From positions 23,560,001-23,624,000 of the forward strand of contig OZ281496.1 in the NCBI GenBank assembly GCA_965637545.1: a DNA stretch of 64,000 nt. The letters are read 5' to 3'. How positions within the stretch are numbered: position 1 is the first letter of the stretch; every line of letters starts with the position of its first letter. Made by a program: the position numbers and the translations under genes. This document shows, in pieces, positions 61,032 to 64,000 of this stretch. The notes under the pieces are model-generated. The model was not told where the DNA came from. It searched no databases and worked only from the letters and a program-made list of their open reading frames with translations. Source of the DNA: Phallusia mammillata. Lineage: Eukaryota.

Positions 61032-64000
61032 GTGCAAATTCTTGCCGTAAGCCCTGTTGGGGTTCGGGCCGGGTTCGGGCTCAGATTTTGGGCCCGCTTG
61101 CAACTCTGATTCATCCTAATTCTGTATACCTGGCTACGAGCCGTTTTTGTCAAAAAATTGTAAAATGTGGACTAACATTAAAACAACTGTAAATAATGAC
61201 CGATCTATACCAATTTTATGCCAAATCTGAAATCCTCTGAATTTCCTAAAATTCCAACTGAAAGCAATATCTTTATATCAACGCTCTCAATGTACAAAGA
61301 TGCTAACCGCGATTTTCAAGCAAATTTCACGCAAACCGTTTGTGCCTTTTCGCCTGAGATATAGCGGTAGTACGACATAGTTCGAAAAAAAATAGCACAA
61401 CTTGTCGTTTTTTGCACATTCCTAAACGGATAAGATCTCTTCAACGCCGCTCCCGTGATATCAAGACAGACGTGTATATCTATCACCTGCACTTCACAAT
61501 CAGTGACAGCTGAGAAGGATGTAGTTACGACTGTGGCTCTTTTTAAAGTAAAGTTCCACTTCCTAATTTAATGCTCATTAAGATGTATGACGCGCGCAGG
61601 TGTACCGACGTTTTAGCTGGTAATTGTCGATTTGTCGAACTGTCGTTTTTTCGTCTAATACTCCGCGTGAGAATAGCATAACTCATACATGATTTATAGG
61701 TGTTTGTGGGCCCAATTTCAAGGTTAATTATTCCAGGCGTTTGGTTATTACTGTGTGTAGTAATAGTATGTTGTTTAATATATCAGGCTATACCGAAGTG
61801 TACGATTTAATTTTTGTTGGCCATGAAGAACAACTGTTGTTTTTGGTCTTTTCCCACAAAAGTTTTTCCAATGTTAAAAGCTAAAAGCAAGCGGCCACGA
61901 GGTTTGGTTTCTTGGTGACTCAGAAGAAACGAAGCGAGGAAAATGCTTTGTAGCCTGGCTTTTATTGAACGGCATTCGTGCGCAGGTTCTTTACAATGCA
62001 CGATCATTCGAATAAACCCAAAATCCTACGAAAACCGTGAAAGGCTGAACTCGTAAACTTAATCACACAATTCACAATTTTGAAAAAGATTTGACAAAAA
62101 GTCATTTTAGTTAATGACAATTGCTTATGTCGAAATAAACGTTTTACGTGCAGTTTTTATTTTCGTGGAAACGGGTTACGTACAGTTTTTCACTTCGTAG
62201 GAACGCTTTAAGTGCATCTCTCTATCCTGTTGGCTTTAACTTCACTCTTTAACTTACAACTCAAAGATTAACTCCTTACCATTAACGTTTGTGTCCGCCA
62301 AATATTGCCAAAAAAACTTGCAATTCCCGGTTAGTGGCAGTTTACCAATGTTAAGTTACATCTATGCCTGGTAAATTTCTATGTAGTTTTGACCTGTCTT
62401 ATAACAACATAATGGACCAGGCGGTCAGTGAATTGAAAGAAACGCGCTTAATTCATTGACCAAGATCTGTGAGCAATAGCTTTTCTGCTATAACACTTGC
62501 CAAACTCACAATAAACCTGCACCTCAAACAAAACATGCCTTCGCTTTGACAGAATTCTTCCGGTGTGTTTGTCATTGTCTGGTACTCGCTAACCTTAACT
62601 GCACGCGATCTCCTGGTATTCGGTTTGTAAACACAACACACTACCCACTTGATTCATCCACAACTGCTGACATCACGTTAAGCACAATACCATGTTTGTT
62701 GTTGTCGATTTCTCAACGATCCGCAATCGTCCATTGAGACCTAATGCCAGCGGCGATTAATACATGAAATGCGCGTCTGTTGAAACTGAGATCTCGGTAA
62801 CGCAGGGACACAGCAAAATAGCGTTGCATGACCCGCCTGGTTAGTTCGTTACGGTTCAAAAGTTCCGTTTTGCCCTGTCGGGTGTATGAAAGTCGCGTTT
62901 TCCATCAGTTTTAGTTCCCTTACTGAGCAAATTTCCCTCCAATTCCGACCTAATCACTACAAAATTCTATGCTTAAAAAGCCTAAACCTTTGTATGTGAC
63001 TTGTGTTAAAATAATGATTTTAAACAGGGTCTGCATACTTTTTCAGTTAAATAACGAGCACCACGTACTTCGCATACAAAGGACCATACAACAACCTACT
63101 CATTGTATATTATACACCGATGGACAACCTGTCATTTCTTTACCCTGAAATCTACATCGAAAAATGCAGTTTTCAAAGCGACCACAAAATTGCCATGCTC
63201 GCTGGAGCGTGGATAAAAGACATTTTCCTCACCTGGAATAGGCCATGATTATTATAAGTTACCTTTCAGAGGTTTCATTTTGAGTAAAATGACACACCAC
63301 TCATTAATAATGCATTCCAAAATTTCCGTTTTACCTCTTGTATAACCTGACCTAATTATAGTATTTCACTTAAACCTCAAATGGTTGCGTGTGATTGCAA
63401 AGAGCAGCAATGGAGGTGTTTCGTTTTCGTTGACATAATGTTTTGTAGAATACACCTTTACCTCTATACATCAACGTTTTTTCACGTAGCCTTGTTTAAA
63501 TTCCACCTATTATACCATCCGCAACAAACCACACGAGTTTTTTGGCAGCTCTTTTACTTTACGGACGCACCCTTTTATGCTGACTGCATATGCTAACAAA
63601 CAATTCCCAGTCAAGGCACTAAAATCTAAAATAACTTTCAATCTACAGAACAAACAAAAAATCTACAGAACAAAAACTAACATTACAGCGTATAGACTGT
63701 GCAAAGAATTTTAACTTAGCTGCTTAAACACATTTTAAGCCCACGGGGCAAGTGTTGTTCCATTACTGATCTAACTTATCTTGTGTGCTATCGATCTTAG
63801 CATAAAAAAGCCGCAGAGCGTTTTTCGTGTGCATAGATGCAATATAACACAATTAATAAACCGCCAAACGAAGCTATGACGCGAGGGTGACGAAACTCAC
63901 ATTTTTGCGTGATCCAAGGGAGGTAGCACGATTAACGGTTTAAAAGTGTCATGTCATGCATATGGTGCATACAAAAAGGTATTTTCTTGCTTAACCAATG

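Larger units (their letters stand above)
57836..61108. mobile_element. 3,273-bp non-autonomous hAT element with inverted subterminal minisatellites
   Basis: TIR CAGAGTTGCAAG / CTTGCAACTCTG, perfect 8-bp TSD ATTCATCC (57828-35 and 61109-16), GGGTTCGGGCC repeats near both ends, and no transposase-length ORF. Confidence 0.92.

Noticed and set aside
58071-61192. Cys/His-rich ORFs (KMCRSKCAG..., HILTCTFWHL...) in the ORF track
   Set aside because: These are translations of the minisatellite in several frames on both strands, not metallothionein or zinc-finger genes.
63144-63232. Possible minus-strand exon (GEENVFYPRSSEHGNFVVALKTAFFDVDFR)
   Set aside because: It has plausible splice sites, but I found no in-phase neighbouring exons or recognisable motif, so it is unsupported. 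61.1-64 kb is left unannotated.

Overview
AT-rich eukaryotic (animal) genomic DNA with compact introns, most consistent with a marine invertebrate such as an ascidian (inference only; not checkable here). Left to right: (1) the 3' end of an adhesion GPCR (GPS + 7TM, 457-3984, +). (2) A complete tandem paralog, an 88-exon, ~3,513-aa adhesion GPCR (5531-31020, +): signal peptide, 2 CUB domains, 69 single-exon EGF modules (48 of them in six 1.41-kb, 8-exon tandem units), HormR-like/GAIN/GPS and 7TM. Both GPS sites lack the autoproteolysis residues. (3) PSMD3/Rpn3 (32015-38333, +). Its probable 3' UTR holds a perfect 88-bp inverted repeat containing a minimal hammerhead-ribozyme motif. (4) An intact, very young BEL/Pao LTR retrotransposon (39044-46932, -) with no TGG-type PBS and a hairpin array in its leader. 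(5) A three-exon 77-aa single-pass membrane microprotein gene absent from the ORF track (47200-48365, -). (6) A seven-exon class A GPCR (49586-54631, -). (7) Many non-autonomous DNA elements: hAT/Charlie MITEs with 8-bp TSDs, two Helentron/DINE-1-like elements, and a 3.3-kb hAT element with mirror-image minisatellites. 61.1-64 kb is unresolved. Exon coordinates were read by hand from splice signals and reading frame; no database search or folding computation was run.
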